A DNA stretch of 64,000 nt from the human T2T-CHM13v2.0 reference genome, Homo sapiens, in NCBI RefSeq assembly GCF_009914755.1, contig NC_060928.1, one strand, 5' to 3'. The translations under genes were made by a program, and so were the position numbers. The notes below the pieces were generated by a model. It was not told the DNA's origin. It ran no database searches and worked only from the letters and a program-made list of their open reading frames with translations. Of the stretch, positions 39,555-53,551 are shown in pieces (positions within the stretch are counted from its first letter, which is position 1; the number at the start of each line of letters is the position of its first letter).

Positions 39555-40735
39555 AACCATCCAGCTATTCACTAAAACTAGACTTTCTAGGGTGAATTTC
39601 ACCCTTTCTCATTCCTCCAAAAATTTGGTTATCAGTTCAGGTTTAGTTTGTTTGAACATTTCTGTTGAATGACATCTCCTCACCCTTTTACTGCCTGTGT
39701 GTTGGTTCTCTTTATCTTTCATTTAGATGACCGCAAAAGAAGATACTGACATTAGTATCTTCCCACAAATAGCCACCAAATTTACTGTTTCCAGAAGCAC
39801 AACTGCTTCCGTTTTTAAAATTTATTTTATAGATATATAGTAGTGCTTCAGTTTTTTAAAAAGCCATATCCTCTTTCCCGCAGGATAAAATCTGAACTCC
39901 TTAGCGTAGCATAAAGGATCTTTCACAGTCTGACTCCTGTCTATTTTCCATTTAAATATCTAGACAGTAACCTTTTAACCCTTCTATCTTTCCTGCCTCA
40001 TTGAACTTCTTTGTAACTCTCTCCCTTGCACGTTTCCTCTTTTGCACTTTGCTTTTAATGATACTGAATTCTCTTCTTTTACCAAACTTATCTTTCACCC
40101 AATTTAAATATCTGTTCATCAGGTGAACTATTCCATGATCTCTCTGAAAAATTTAATTACTCAACATCCCTGACTCCCACAGCACATTGTTCACAGGTCT
40201 TTTATGTCTTTATCCAGGATGTGTTACATTTGATCTGCTGAAGTGAATATTCAGGTAGGCGAGCTTAAGCTGTGAATTTTTTGAGGACATTCAAAATGTT
40301 GATTCACATTTGCTTCTCCATCTCCAAGCACTTCAAATGAACTGATTTAAAATCTTCACCCACTGCATATGACCTTCCACGCAATGCCTGAATCCAAGTC
40401 CTCAAACCTCTATGGTACATTTCCTCAGAGCATACCTTATACTCCTATCAAGCCACAATACTTTCTTATCCTTACCTCTCAGTCTTTGCTTACGTTCAAG
40501 TTCAAAAGTTGTAGTCCCTCTTTATTACATGTCATAACCCTTCCTCCTTTCAACTCACCTCCAGACTTGACGGCTGACCAGTTACACAGCATAGGTATTA
40601 TGAGTATGTAGGCAGATGCCAAACTGTACTGTTTGTTAAATATTCATGTTAGCATCTCTGCTCAATCAAATTAGATATAACTTTCTTAGAACACTTATAT
40701 TTGACCTTGTAATCATTATTTATCATACACAAGCA
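39555..40735 (+). mobile_element. L2 fragments (one long piece plus a second 3' piece)
   Basis: caggataaaatctgaactccttagcgtagcataaaggatctttcacagtctgactcctg..ctcccacagcac..taagctgtgaattttttgaggaca. Confidence 0.65.
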
Positions 40736-40773
40736 CCAGAGGTCTGCTGGAACCAGCTCCTAATGGCTCATGA

Positions 40774-41100
<327 letters not shown>

Positions 41101-41166
41101 TGAATATTTTTTAACAAGTTGTTATATAGAGACATTATTTGTAAAATTATATAAAATAGTATTTAA

Positions 41167-41509
<343 letters not shown>

Positions 41510-42332
41510 TGTATGATTACTTCTAATTTTGGGGTTATTTGTGTCTACTGTGGGAATACTGTTGTGCTACTGTGCCTGTCTTCTCAACGACAGTTTCAAT
41601 CATGTCATACAGTTAACTTCAAATTAGCTATAATTGGCATATTTACACCATGGCCATCAGGCCTTGAGTTATTGCTGTGTTGATTGTCTAAACTTCAGAA
41701 AATGATGCAAAATATCAATACTGTAGTTTCAATATAAAGGTGTAAGCTAATATTGAGAGTAGTGGCTACATTTGAGATAAATATTTAGAAAATATTATTC
41801 TGTTTTGGGAAACAGTTATCTGATTCAGGAAATAAGCTATTCATGTCATTGCCAAATAAGTGTATTTTTGACATACATATTCATTGTTTTTCTTTTTTCT
41901 TACTCATTACTTTAAATGAAAATATTATACAACATTCATATAAGAATATAGTCATATTCAGCTGGCTACTGATACAAAAGTTCAGCAACAAACAAAAATA
42001 TACATTCTGTGAATGAATTGGCTATGTGGAAATAACAACACAAATATTATATATACTATTATTTGAAAAATGTGTACTTTAGATGCTTTATATTAATAAC
42101 GTTTATGCAAAAAATAAGTATATATATATATAAGTATGTATATGAACACACTTTTGTCAAGAGAAACAGTTGCTAAGCACTTATAGCTCACTACTGATAA
42201 GATGATGAAGGTGTCAACTGAAAATAAATGATTGCAAGCACTTGCCTTTAAGTCATAGAATGATAGTATGATTAAATAATATTCATAGAATTTTACATGT
42301 TCTAATCCAGTATTCTGTTTAAAAATTGAAGT

Positions 42333-42640
42333 GGCCAGCGTGGTGGCTCAAGCCCGTAGTAGTCCCAGCACTTTGGGAGGCCAAGGCTGGGGGACCACTT
42401 CAGGTCAGGAGTTCAAGACCATCCTGACCAACATGATGAAACCCCATCTCTACCAAAAATACAAAAATTAGCAGGGCATGGTGGTGAACGTCTGTAATCC
42501 TAGCTACTCAGGAGGCTGAGGCAGGAGAATCGCTTGAATCCAGAAGGCAGAGGTTGCAGTGAGCCAAGATTGTGCCATTGCACTCCAGCTTGGGCAACAG
42601 AGTGAGACTCTGTCAAAAAATAAAAAAGTAAAAAAAAAAA
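42333..42640 (+). mobile_element. AluS (Sx/Sq-like)
   Basis: Full dimer with A tail. Confidence 0.95.
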
Positions 42641-45297
42641 TACAGTTATTTCTAAAATTTCCTGCAAAACTTACAGTTAAACCCAGGTCTCCTGATACCC
42701 ACAACCATTTAAGGTTTACTCCCAATTATTGTGCCACTCACCTGTATGATCTGCTGTAATCCCTTACATACTCTGGCTCTCATATTCATCACCTGTAAAA
42801 TGCAGGTATTAGAATAGATGTGTTTCTAATATTATGCAATGTGTCACCTTTTTAAAAGTCAATTGGTACATTATCTGAAATTAAAATGAAATTATAAAAT
42901 ATATGCCAAAATCAAATTTGTGCTGAATCTATGATAGGAGGATGATTAAAGTGAGAAAAGAAAAATCTTAATTAATACTTATTAATTTCATGGAAAATAA
43001 GTCACTCAAGTAAGTTCAATTAGGAAAAAATAAATTACATTTGTTAGGAGTGTTTAAAGTTATCTTACAAAATCCAAAGGTAGTAAGTTCAACGGAGCCC
43101 CATTTGGGAGTGCCGCAATCCCTCAGGGAAATCTCTCTCATTCCTTCAGCAATCTTCAGGGATATCTGGTTCTCCTCTTTCTCTGCAGTTTTTCTGCTTC
43201 GATGATTCATGCATAGTCATAAGCTGCTACTGAAGAACTTTCATTGCCTAAGTCAAAACTACTCCATCATCTGCTAGTTGCCATAATCTGACCCAATTTT
43301 CTGTTGTCAGACTTAAAAATTCCTGTGAGAAAGATATTATAAGCCTTTTTTGAATCAAGAAAACCCTCTCGGTCTAATCAATTATGATCATGAGGTCTAG
43401 GTGTACTCAGAAGGCCTGTGGATCCCAAGCAGGCCAAACTCAGAAAAAAGAGCAAGGGCTAAGTAGGTACTTTGGGATGTTTCTAAGTAACATTCTACCT
43501 TTTTTTTTTTTTAAAAAAGAAACTTTATTATTTGCCTTGAAATAGGTATTATTATTATATATATTATATAATAATTATATAGTTATTATTATAAGTACAT
43601 CCTTAATAAAAATTGTATTGTTGAAGAATATTTGCCCTTTTTCTGGAGAGTTTTTAAAATTCTTATTTTTATAACACTTGTACTTCTGAATGATCCACAC
43701 TGAAATCTTAAAATCCTTGATTTAATGCATTTTTGAAAGCATGACCTTTGCAGAATGTGTACTTAATTGCAGATTATGGACAACGCGAAACAGATATAAC
43801 ATTTTAAACTATTATTTTTGTTATATAATTTTTCTGTAGTTTACAGCAAAATCAAAATGGAAATTCCCACAAGTAAATAATCAACTAATAGCAGCTTATG
43901 TGCTAATATTAAAATATTTCTCATTAATTAATTTTTATAAAGAATATGAGAGAAAAATATTAAAATTACTGACTGTTGCTTTAAATAAGCACAAGAAATA
44001 CTGCATTAATGTTCTGGAGGTCATCAAGGCATAAGAACTTCAAAACAAGTGTAATCACCAAACTTAAGAAATTATTGATTTTCAGAAGTATATGCCAATT
44101 AGCATTTCACATATTCCTATCATTAATATATGATTCACCACTTAATAAATTATTGGTATACAAAATTATCAGTAAGAGTCAATGCACTATTAATGTTGAC
44201 ATAAAGTACAATTCACCACTTGAAAATATTAATATAAAAAAATAAAATACTTTCAAGAGAGGGTCCAGGATGGGTTGCTATGGGATGGGCTGCTATACCC
44301 ACAATTATTAATATAATGTGTATAGCAATACTAAAACATTATAAATATCTTTACCTTTTTAAAAAATACATTTTAAGCATGCTGAAAACCTAAGGACTTA
44401 TCTTAACAGAGTAAAGGATTGGATTTGATGCCTGGTTTTCTAATAAATACTTACATGCTGGCAGATATGCTTGTCAAGATGCCATATGTGTAAATAAAAA
44501 AACACAAGCATCAAATAAATAGTTGGTATGTATAATGAATACTCAGGAGTAGCAATAGCTACTGTCTACTAAAATTATAACCCAATGGTTATTTTACAAT
44601 TTCAAGAAGCACCACGGCTCGTAATAGCAGTAATTTACATGCAAACAGACACAACTGTGCTATTTTACTACCAATTATGATCTTATATGTATTTTCATGT
44701 CACTGTCTGCATCTGAAACTGCAATTAATGTGAAGGCCTAAAGAACACAAACTATTTCACCACATACACACACAAAAAAATGGTAACGAATGCTAGATTT
44801 CTAAAACAAGAAATTAGTAAATATTTATTAAACTCATATTAATATGTAAAAAGCCACAATTCAGGCATAGAGAGGATATTGCTTTTCTTTCCAGTATTTG
44901 GTGTCATGGGAAGAAGAATGTGTCTTAAAAGATATGAAAGGAAACATTCAGGGCCATATGAAATATATTTTATCACTTAGGCTTCTGAAAAATCTCAGTT
45001 GCAAGTTTCCTAGCTTTCATGGGGAAAACATTCATTCAATGAACATTTTGGATCCTAGATAGTTTGGATGATATGCATAGATTAATCATTATTTTCTCAA
45101 TTAGCTTACCAGTCAACCATCAGAGAAAAGGCACATACCTTACACCCCAAATATGATAAATACTGAGCATGATGATCTTTTTGGGAAAAATGTAACGGGA
45201 AAAAAGTGAATCTTTATGAAGTTGGTTTTGTGAGCATGTACCCATTACTTTTCATTAAGTAGTCAATGTAATCACAAATCAAGTTTAAAAGATTCTG

Positions 45298-45358
45298 TTG
45301 TGTATGTGTGTATATATATGTGTGTGTATATATATATATATATACACACACATATATA
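45298..45358 (+). repeat. (TG)/(TA)/(CA) compound microsatellite
   Basis: tgtgtatgtgtgtatatatatgtgtgtgtatatatatatatatatacacacacatatata. Confidence 0.9.
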
Positions 45359-46318
45359 AATGTATCACACATATATCATTATTTAAAAGAGAGATATTTG
45401 GGGTGATAACTTTTCATTGTTCCTGCAGACATCTTGCCCTATGGTGGGGGCATCAGCAGAGGAGGCTCAGAACAGCCAAGCTAATTTACAGAGCCCAGGG
45501 CAGCTCTTCTGTCTAGACTTAAGAAAAGGCCTAGTATAGAGTAGTCTCAAATCGCCTGTTATAGGGGTTTTTATTTACTATTTAGAATAATTCCAACCCC
45601 ATTTATTGTTTTTTAATGCAATAAACCCCTTTTGGAGCAGTATGTTAAAAATTTAAAAATGCATTTTTAATGAAATATCAGCCTTGAATTTTTTTCACTG
45701 ACAAAGTTAATATTAAAGATAAAATTTGCACAAAATATTTGTCAACATTTAAAATCCAACATATGAGTCCTAGGGACATTACTAAGCATATGCAATATGA
45801 AAGAGAAAAAATTAATAAAGCATCAATGTCTTTTAAAAATTAATACTTAGGTGGATATTTATGAAGCATACATTTGTATTTAGATTAAATTATTTCTTAT
45901 AATTAATTAAATTTTTTTCCAATCAAAGTATTGTACACTCATGAAAACTGAGGTAATAGCTTTTAAGACTGGCACTATTAGCAAAACAAGAATCTTAACA
46001 ATTGTCACATTATTCCAGTTTTATAACAGTAACATAAGATGCTTCATAAAAACTAGTTAATTTTAATAATTTTTGGTTTTTATCCACCCAATTCATGGAA
46101 TCAAAGTAAAGCTTTGGAAAGTTCATTCATTTAAAGGTGAAACATTTGCTATTTTATGGATGCTAATTAATTTCAGTTAAAAATTAAAACACTGAAGATT
46201 AAAATTGTTTATCTTATACATTAACAGAAAGAAAATTTATATGAAATATAAATAGCAAAATGTATTCTCACTTAAATTTTAAAATCTTGTCATAAAGCAA
46301 GAGAATAAAATAAAAAGA

Positions 46319-46495
46319 GTATATATATACTATATATACTATACATATATACTATATATGTATTATATATACACACATATATAATATATATACACATATA
46401 TACTATATATACCATATATACAGTATACATATACTGTATATATATATACATATACTGTATATATACGAGAGAGAGAGAGAGAGAGGGAGAGAGCA
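46319..46495 (+). repeat. Degenerate (TA)n tract followed by (GA)n
   Basis: About 150 bp of tatata/cata, then gagagagag. Confidence 0.9.
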
Positions 46496-46497
46496 GA

Positions 46498-46870
46498 GCT
46501 AAAACAAACCCTGTATTCAGATATTATCTATATAGAAAATCCTAAATAATCTGCAACAAAACTACTTCAGCAAATAAATTAAATTAGCAAGTCATCCAGG
46601 ACACGAGGTAAATGTACAAAAAGGCAACAATTATTTCTATGTACTATAAATAAAAACATGGAAATTGAGTATTAATAGTGCATTTATAAGTGGCACCAAA
46701 AATATTAAACATAGGTATAAATCTTACAAAATATGTGCAAGATTTGTATGCTGCAGGTTACAATGAGATCCACACATTTAAGGTGAATTGATTTTTTGAA
46801 AGGTTCACATAGAAGGAAAAACCCTGAAATTGTCTTAAAACTTGTTGTGGTGCATACATGATTTATAAAT
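46498..46870 (+). mobile_element. Old L1M ORF2 fragment
   Basis: tatatagaaaatcctaaataatctgcaacaaaactact..ttagcaag..ataggtataaatcttacaaaatatgtgcaagatttgtatgctg. Confidence 0.7.
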
Positions 46871-47302
46871 ATTTCCAAATAAGATACCTTATTCAATCAG
46901 TTGCATTAGATACTGTATTTTAAAATATACAAATATATTCTAAACGCAAACTATTATAATTTTTGTAATGACGATTATTTTTAATATAAAAATATATTTC
47001 GGCATTTATTTTCTTCTGTGCTATTCTTAGTTGAAGTTTTAAAATGTAAGGATTTATAATTCAAAGAGTTTTATAAATGTTTTAATTTTCATTTTAGTGA
47101 GTTCTCTAGATTTTGTTCTTATTTACTTTTTTCATAACTATTTGGAAATATTAAATATTCTTAAGATTGTATTAAATTTTAATTACTGGGAAAAAAATTG
47201 AAAAGAAAACCCATTGTAATCCAACCCCATAAATGTCAAGGAAGGCACTGAAAATACTAAATAAAGAGTCACAAATTGAATATAAGAATTTATTTTTAAA
47301 AC

Positions 47303-50250
47303 TTTTTTGGCTTTATTGAGTTAGAATTGAAAAATAAAAATTGTATGTATTTAAGTATACGTCATTAAATAATTCTAACAATGAAGCTAATTAACATATT
47401 CATCACCTCACATGGTCGCCACTTTGTGTGTGTGTGATTAGAACATTTAAAGTCTACTTTCTTAGAAAATTTCATGCACAAATAGCAGTATTATTAATTA
47501 CAGTTATCATGCTGTATTAGGCTTCCATAAGTTATTCACTTATTCACACTACATAACTAACATCTCCTGCTTACCCGACCCCACAGCTCCTGGCAATCTC
47601 CTTTCTATTCTGCTTCTACCAATTCAACCATTTTAGATTCCACACATAAGTGAAATCATGCGGTATTAGTTTTTCTATACCTGGCTTAGTTTACTTAGCA
47701 TAATATTCTCCAGAATTATCCATGTCATTGCAAACAACATTTTGTTTTCTTTTTTAAGGCTGAATAATATTATAGTGAGTGTATTATTATGGGGTATTTT
47801 ATAGTACACATATATAATGTTTTCTTTATTCACGTATCATTGCATCAATGGACAAAGATTACTTCCATATCTTGGCTGCTGTGAATAATGCTGCAATGAA
47901 CATGGAAGTGTAGATGTCACTCTGAGATACTAATTCATGTCCTTTACATATGTACTTAGAAATAGGATTTCTAAATCATATGATAGTTCTATTTTTAATT
48001 TTTTGAAGAACCTTCATACTATTTTTCATAAAGGTTGTACTAATTCACATCCCCACCATTGGTGCACACATGTTAACTTTTCTCTAAATACTCACTGACA
48101 CTTGATATATTTGTCCTTTAAAAAATATTCATTCTAACAACTGTGAGGTGATATTTCACTGTGATTTTGATTTGCATTTCTCTGAGCAGATTCTCTTATA
48201 GCCGTTGGCCATTTATATGACTTCTTTTGATATATGTCTTTTCAAGTCCAGGTGAGTCCAAGAGTGCCCACTTTTTAGTCTAGTTATTTATTGTCTTACT
48301 ATTCAGTGTTATTTTAGGTATTAACCACTTTTCAGATGTATTGTTCGAAATGTTATTTCCCAATCCATAGGCTGTGTCTTCATTCTGTTGATTCTTTCCT
48401 TTAATGTGTAGAAGGCTTATAGTTTGACATAATCCCATTTGTCTATTTTTCCTTTTTTTACCTGGGCTTTGGGGATGTAACCCAAAAATCATTGCCCCAA
48501 CCAACAAGAAGATTTTTCCTGTGTTTTCTTTTAGTAGTTTACAGTTTCATGGCTTCTATTTAAGTTTCTAAACCGTTTTGAGTTGATTCTTTGCATATGG
48601 TATAAGTACTTAACTTTATGCATGTAGATATCCAGTTTTCCTAACATCATTTATTGAAGAGATTCTCATTTTCATATTGTGTGTTCAGGGCACCTTTGAG
48701 ATTGATCAATTAACCATAAATGAGCTGATTTCTGAGCTTTCCATTTTGTTTCATTGGCCTATATGTCCACTGGTCTATGTGCCTCTGAAAAGAATGTGTT
48801 CTTTCGCCAGTGTGATTACTCTAGCTTTGTAGCACATTTTGAAATCAGGTGGTGCGATGCCCCCAGCTTTGTTCAAGATTGCTTCGGCTACTGAGGTCTG
48901 TATTAATCTGTTTTCACATTGCTATAAGAACTACCTGAGACTGGGTAATTTTTAAATAAAAGAGGTTTAATTGACTCACAGTTATGCATGGCTGGGGAGG
49001 TCTCAGAAAACTTACAATCATGGCAAAAGGCAAAGGGGAAGCAAGGCACGTCTTACATGGTGGCAGGAGAGAAACAGCAAGAGGGGAACTGCCACACACT
49101 TTCAAACCATCGGATCTCAGGAGAACTCACTCAGAGAACAGCAAGCGGGAAATCTGCCCCCACAATCCAACCACCTCCCACCAAGTCCCTCCACCAATAC
49201 TAGAGATTACAATTTGAGATGAGATTTGGGTGGCGACTTAGAGCCAAACAATATCAAGGACTTTTTTGATTCTATATGAATTTTAGATATACGTGATCAT
49301 GTTATGTCATCTGCAAACAGGGACAGTTTTACTTCTTTTCTAATTTGGACATCTTTTATTTCTTTTTGCTGCCTAATTGCTCTGGCTAGGACTTCCATTA
49401 CTGTATGGAATAGAAGTGGTGAGAATGGGCATCTTTGTCTTGCTCCTGAACTTAGAAAAACGCTATGACAGGGATGTAAGTATGAGTATGATGTTAGCAG
49501 TGGACTTGTCATGTACGCCTTTTATTATGTTGAGATCCATTCCTTCAATATTTATGTTGTTGAGAGTTTTTATAATGCAATAATGTTAAATTTTGTCAAA
49601 TGCTTTTTCTAGTCATACAATTATTATCCTTCATCCTGTTAATGTGGCATATCACATTTACTGATTTGTGTTTATTGAACCATTCTTACATTCTAGAGGT
49701 AAATCCCACTTGGTTATGATATATGATTCTCATAAGAGCTGTTGAATTCAGTTTACTGTTATTTTGTCGAAGATGTTTGCATCTATTTTCAGCAAGTAAT
49801 TTTCTTTTCTTGCAGTGTCCTTCTCTGGATTTGATATCAGAATAACCTTTGCCTCATGAAATTAGCTTGTGGGTTCCTCATCTTCATTTTTTTTGGAAAT
49901 TTTGAAAAGAACTGGCTTTAATTCTTCCCAAATATTTGGCAAAAATCACACATGAAGCCATTGGTTCTGCGTTTTTCCTTGTTGAGAAGTTTTTGCATGA
50001 TGATTCACTATCTTTACTCATTATTTGTCTATTTGTATTTTCTGTTTTTTTCATGATTCAGTCTTAGTAGGTTGTATTCTTCTAGGAATTAATTCCTTTC
50101 TTTGGAGTTATTCAATTTTTTGCATATAATTGTTCATAGTAATTTCTTACAATCCTTTGTATTTCTGTGATTTCAGTTCTATTGTCTCATCTTTCACTTA
50201 TATTTATTTGAGTCTTCTCTCTTTTTTCTTGGTTAGTCTAGCTAAAGAGA
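47303..50250 (-). mobile_element. L1MA (L1MA7/8-like) 3' portion, interrupted by THE1D
   Basis: aagctaattaacatattcatcacctcacat 3' UTR; ttccatatcttggctgctgtgaataatgctgcaatgaac; remnant RT peptide [10 protein letters not shown] in ORF 49297-49512. Confidence 0.9.
48899..49256 (-). mobile_element. THE1D solo LTR
   Basis: tgtatta..gctataagaactacctgagactgggtaa..gagatgagatttgggtg..gagccaaacaatatca; TSD aggtc / aggac. Confidence 0.9.
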
Positions 50251-50269
50251 GATATTTGAAATATTTTCT

Positions 50270-50800
50270 TTTTCATGCTGGCATTTATTACACTTCTTGT
50301 AAGGCGTGTTTAGTGGTAGTTAACACCATCAGCCTTAGTTTGTCTGCAAAAGCCTTTATCTCTCCTTTTCTGAATGACAGTTTTGTTGTGTATACTATTT
50401 TTGGTTGGTAGTTTTGTTTTGTTTTGTTTTTCCAAGACATTGAATATATAATCCCACTTTTACTTGGCCACTCACTAAGGTTTACTGGGTCATCCTTGAT
50501 GCTGGAATCCAAGGCAAAGTCAAATGTTGACTTCACTCTCCTTGCTCTGCATGGAGAGTATTTCTCTTCATGCTGCACTGTTCAGGCTGGACTCCTACTC
50601 TCCATGCTGTGCTTCTACTTTCTTTAATTTGTCTTCTCCTATTTCTGCACTCAACCCAGGTTCTGTAATTCCTCCCCTGGATTCCATAGCTCTTGTAAAT
50701 ATGTTTTTGCATGTGAATAGTTGTTCAAGTTGATATTTCCATGAGAAAATGAGCACCAGAAACTCCTATTCTGTCATCTTGCTGATATTAGTCCTCAGGA
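50270..50800 (-). mobile_element. Old L1 ORF1/5' region remnant
   Basis: acttcttgtaaggcgtgtttagtggtag..cctttatctctccttttctgaatgacag; peptide KLSFRKGEIKAFADK resembles the ORF1p C-terminus; ends ctattctgtcatcttg. Confidence 0.6.
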
Positions 50801-51410
50801 TTTGATTTTTAAGTGTTAAAATTGGGAAATTCTTTTGAAACGGTTTCTATTTGTAATTAGATAAAATTTTATCTTATAACATAATGGCATTAAATTAAGC
50901 CCTAAAGTTTTTGCAGCATCTAAATGTAACAACACATCCCCAATACATATCGAATTTAACAAATTTTGTATTGAAATATTATTTATAAAAGGAATGTGAT
51001 CTAATAAAAGCAACCAAGGCTATACCTGTGAGAATATTTATAATATTTACAAATTTAAAAATAAAATCTATCATTATAAATTTTCTCTAATCTTACAGGT
51101 TAGTTTTAAAACAGTATTTTCTCATTTAAAATATTACGGTATATAGCAAAGAGTAAAATGCAAGTTTTAAAAATTTAAAATTTCTAATTATGTAGTACAG
51201 CACTGAATAAAATTGAAGACAATTATAAAATAAATTAATAATAAAAATTAAACATTTTAGAACATATTATTTACAAAATACTAAGTCAGATAAATTAAGA
51301 AATTTAAAGTATGAAAATATGGCTCAGAACAACAATTTCGTTCATGCCATTTTAAAATTTCATACAATCAATAAAAGGTGCACATGTTCTCATGTTAATA
51401 AACGCAGGTA

Positions 51411-51853
51411 CAGTTGATCTTAGAACAACATGAGTTTGAACTGTGTGTCGCCACATATATGTGGTATGTAGATTTTTTTTCTGCCTCTACCACCCCTGGT
51501 ATACCAAGACCAACCAACCTCTTTTTCCTCCTCTTCAGCTTACTCAACGTGAAGATAAAATGAAGACATTTGTGATGACTAACTTCCACTTAATGAATAG
51601 TAAATGTATTTTCTCTTCCTTATAGTTTTCTTAGTATCCTTTTTATTTCTCAAGCTTACTTTATTGTAAGAATATAGCATATAATAAATATAATATAGAA
51701 CCTATATTTAATCAATTGTTTATGTTATTAGTAAGACTTCCAGTAAACAGCAGGCTGTTAGTTAAATATTTGGGGAGTCAAAAGTTTTATATGAATTTTT
51801 TACACTGTAGGGAGTCAGCACCCCTGATCATCTTGTTGTTTAAGGGTCAACTG
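51411..51853 (+). mobile_element. Tigger2a (MER28) DNA transposon
   Basis: TIRs cagttgatcttagaacaac / gttgtttaagggtcaactg with TA on both sides; internal ctcaacgtgaaga and cttccacttaatgaatagtaaa. Confidence 0.92.
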
Positions 51854-52022
51854 TATATGTTCATATTGAGAAAAAAATATTTTCAGCGATATGTTTGAAT
51901 AGAACTATTTTTATATTAAAAATACAATAAATAATAAATCCAGCACTCTGATCACTACAAAAGTCAAAACGTATATCCGTATAGAGATATTTAATTTTTG
52001 AATTTCCTTCATTCATATAATT

Positions 52023-52290
52023 GTCCAGATTTTCAGATACAGAGATATATGTGTGTGTATACATACATATTTTTTTGTTTGTTTTTTTAAATATATATTC
52101 TCTTCTCAATTTTAATTCCATCCTGTGTCCAGGTACAGATGTATGTATGTTCAGTACAGATGGTCCAGACTTTCAGATATGAATAGACATATATGTATAT
52201 AAATATATATATGTTTTTATATTTCCTTCTGAATTTTAATTCCATCCTGTGTCCAGGTGCAGATATACAGATGTTCAGTATAGATGGACA
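52023..52290 (+). repeat. Two-copy local tandem duplication (units about 125-140 bp)
   Basis: aattttaattccatcctgtgtccaggt is identical at 52108-52134 and 52232-52258; flanking gtccaga.tttcagata and atgttcagta.agatgg are also repeated. Confidence 0.85.
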
Positions 52291-52739
52291 GCTGCTTTTT
52301 AATGTTTTCTTTTCTCTTTTCTTACTCTGCTACTAAATATATTGTTTTCTTTTCAACTGAATAAACCTTTTCTTGATCAATATAACTTAGAGATTATTTT
52401 CATAATTCATTCAACAAATATTATAGAACATTTATTATATAGCAATCAATATTCTCAGAATTGAGATTGCATTAGTATTTTAAAATGATTAATATTCACA
52501 CACGCAATACAACCATTTTCATGACACTATGACAAGAATTCTGAATTAAGGCTAGTGTTCTTCTGAACAATTATCATAAAGAGATCTGATAGAGTCATGA
52601 GATACTATCCTTAAGATAGCCTTTAGTCGAATTTAAACAATATGCATTACTAAATACAAAATGAGTAGGAAAGGGTGTGACAAGAGCAGAGGTGTGGTGA
52701 GGTTGGGACATGGTAGGTCTGAGGGCCTTTAACACAGTG

Positions 52740-53340
52740 AACATTCAGTAAATAGTGTTGCAAAATGAACCTAAGAAGAAGGAATGGTCAAACACTGGAG
52801 AGCTTTGTGTGGCACGTTAAGCATTTTATCATTTAAATAGTCTCAAGCAAAGCATAACAGGATCAAATGTACATTTTGGAAAGACAAAATCCACAAAATG
52901 TGCACGTGCCCTTTGTTGTTGTATTTTTTATGTGTGTCTCAGATAAGCGAGGAGGGGCAGCAGAGGTGTGAGCATAGTAGCTACTGACATGGAGAGAGGT
53001 TGTTGGATTTGAGAGCTATAAAGTGTTACAATTAATAAAACTGTATGATGGATTAGAAATGGGAGATGGTAGATGAACTGTGTCAAAGACATCCCCACAA
53101 TTGGATGCTTATTGGACATTTAGTGAGACAGAAAATATGAAAGAGACTTCTGTTAGAATAAGGATGAGCTCAGATGCCTTGAAAAGCAATCAAAGCAAAA
53201 TACCAACCAAGTAGATAGTGAACTAAATGGGCCTGAAGCTCAAAGAAGAGATTTAAGATGGATATACAAATAGATAAGTCACCTGCTTAAAAGTGGAAAT
53301 AGAAACTATCACTGTGAATGACACCATATCAAGAGAGAAG
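52740..53340 (-). mobile_element. L2 fragment
   Basis: acattttggaaagaca..gatggattagaaatgggag..gtcaaagacatcccc..ggcctgaagctcaaagaagaga. Confidence 0.6.
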
Positions 53341-53346
53341 TTAGGG

Positions 53347-53551
53347 GAGAGTTTCTCAACAGAAGCACTATTGATATTTTGAACCAGGCAATTCCTTGAT
53401 GTATATGGCTGTGCATGGTAGAATGTTTGGCGGTATTCCTGCCTTCTACCCAGTAGATGATAACAGTATCACCAGTTGCAATGAGCAAAAATGTCTCCAG
53501 GCATTGGTAAATGTCTTCTGGTACAAATTCGTTCACAATTGAGAAACACTG
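53347..53551 (-). mobile_element. MER20 (hAT-Charlie)
   Basis: gtttctcaac..gcactattgatatttt..aaaaatgtctccaggcattg..aaatgtc..ttgagaaacactg. Confidence 0.88.
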
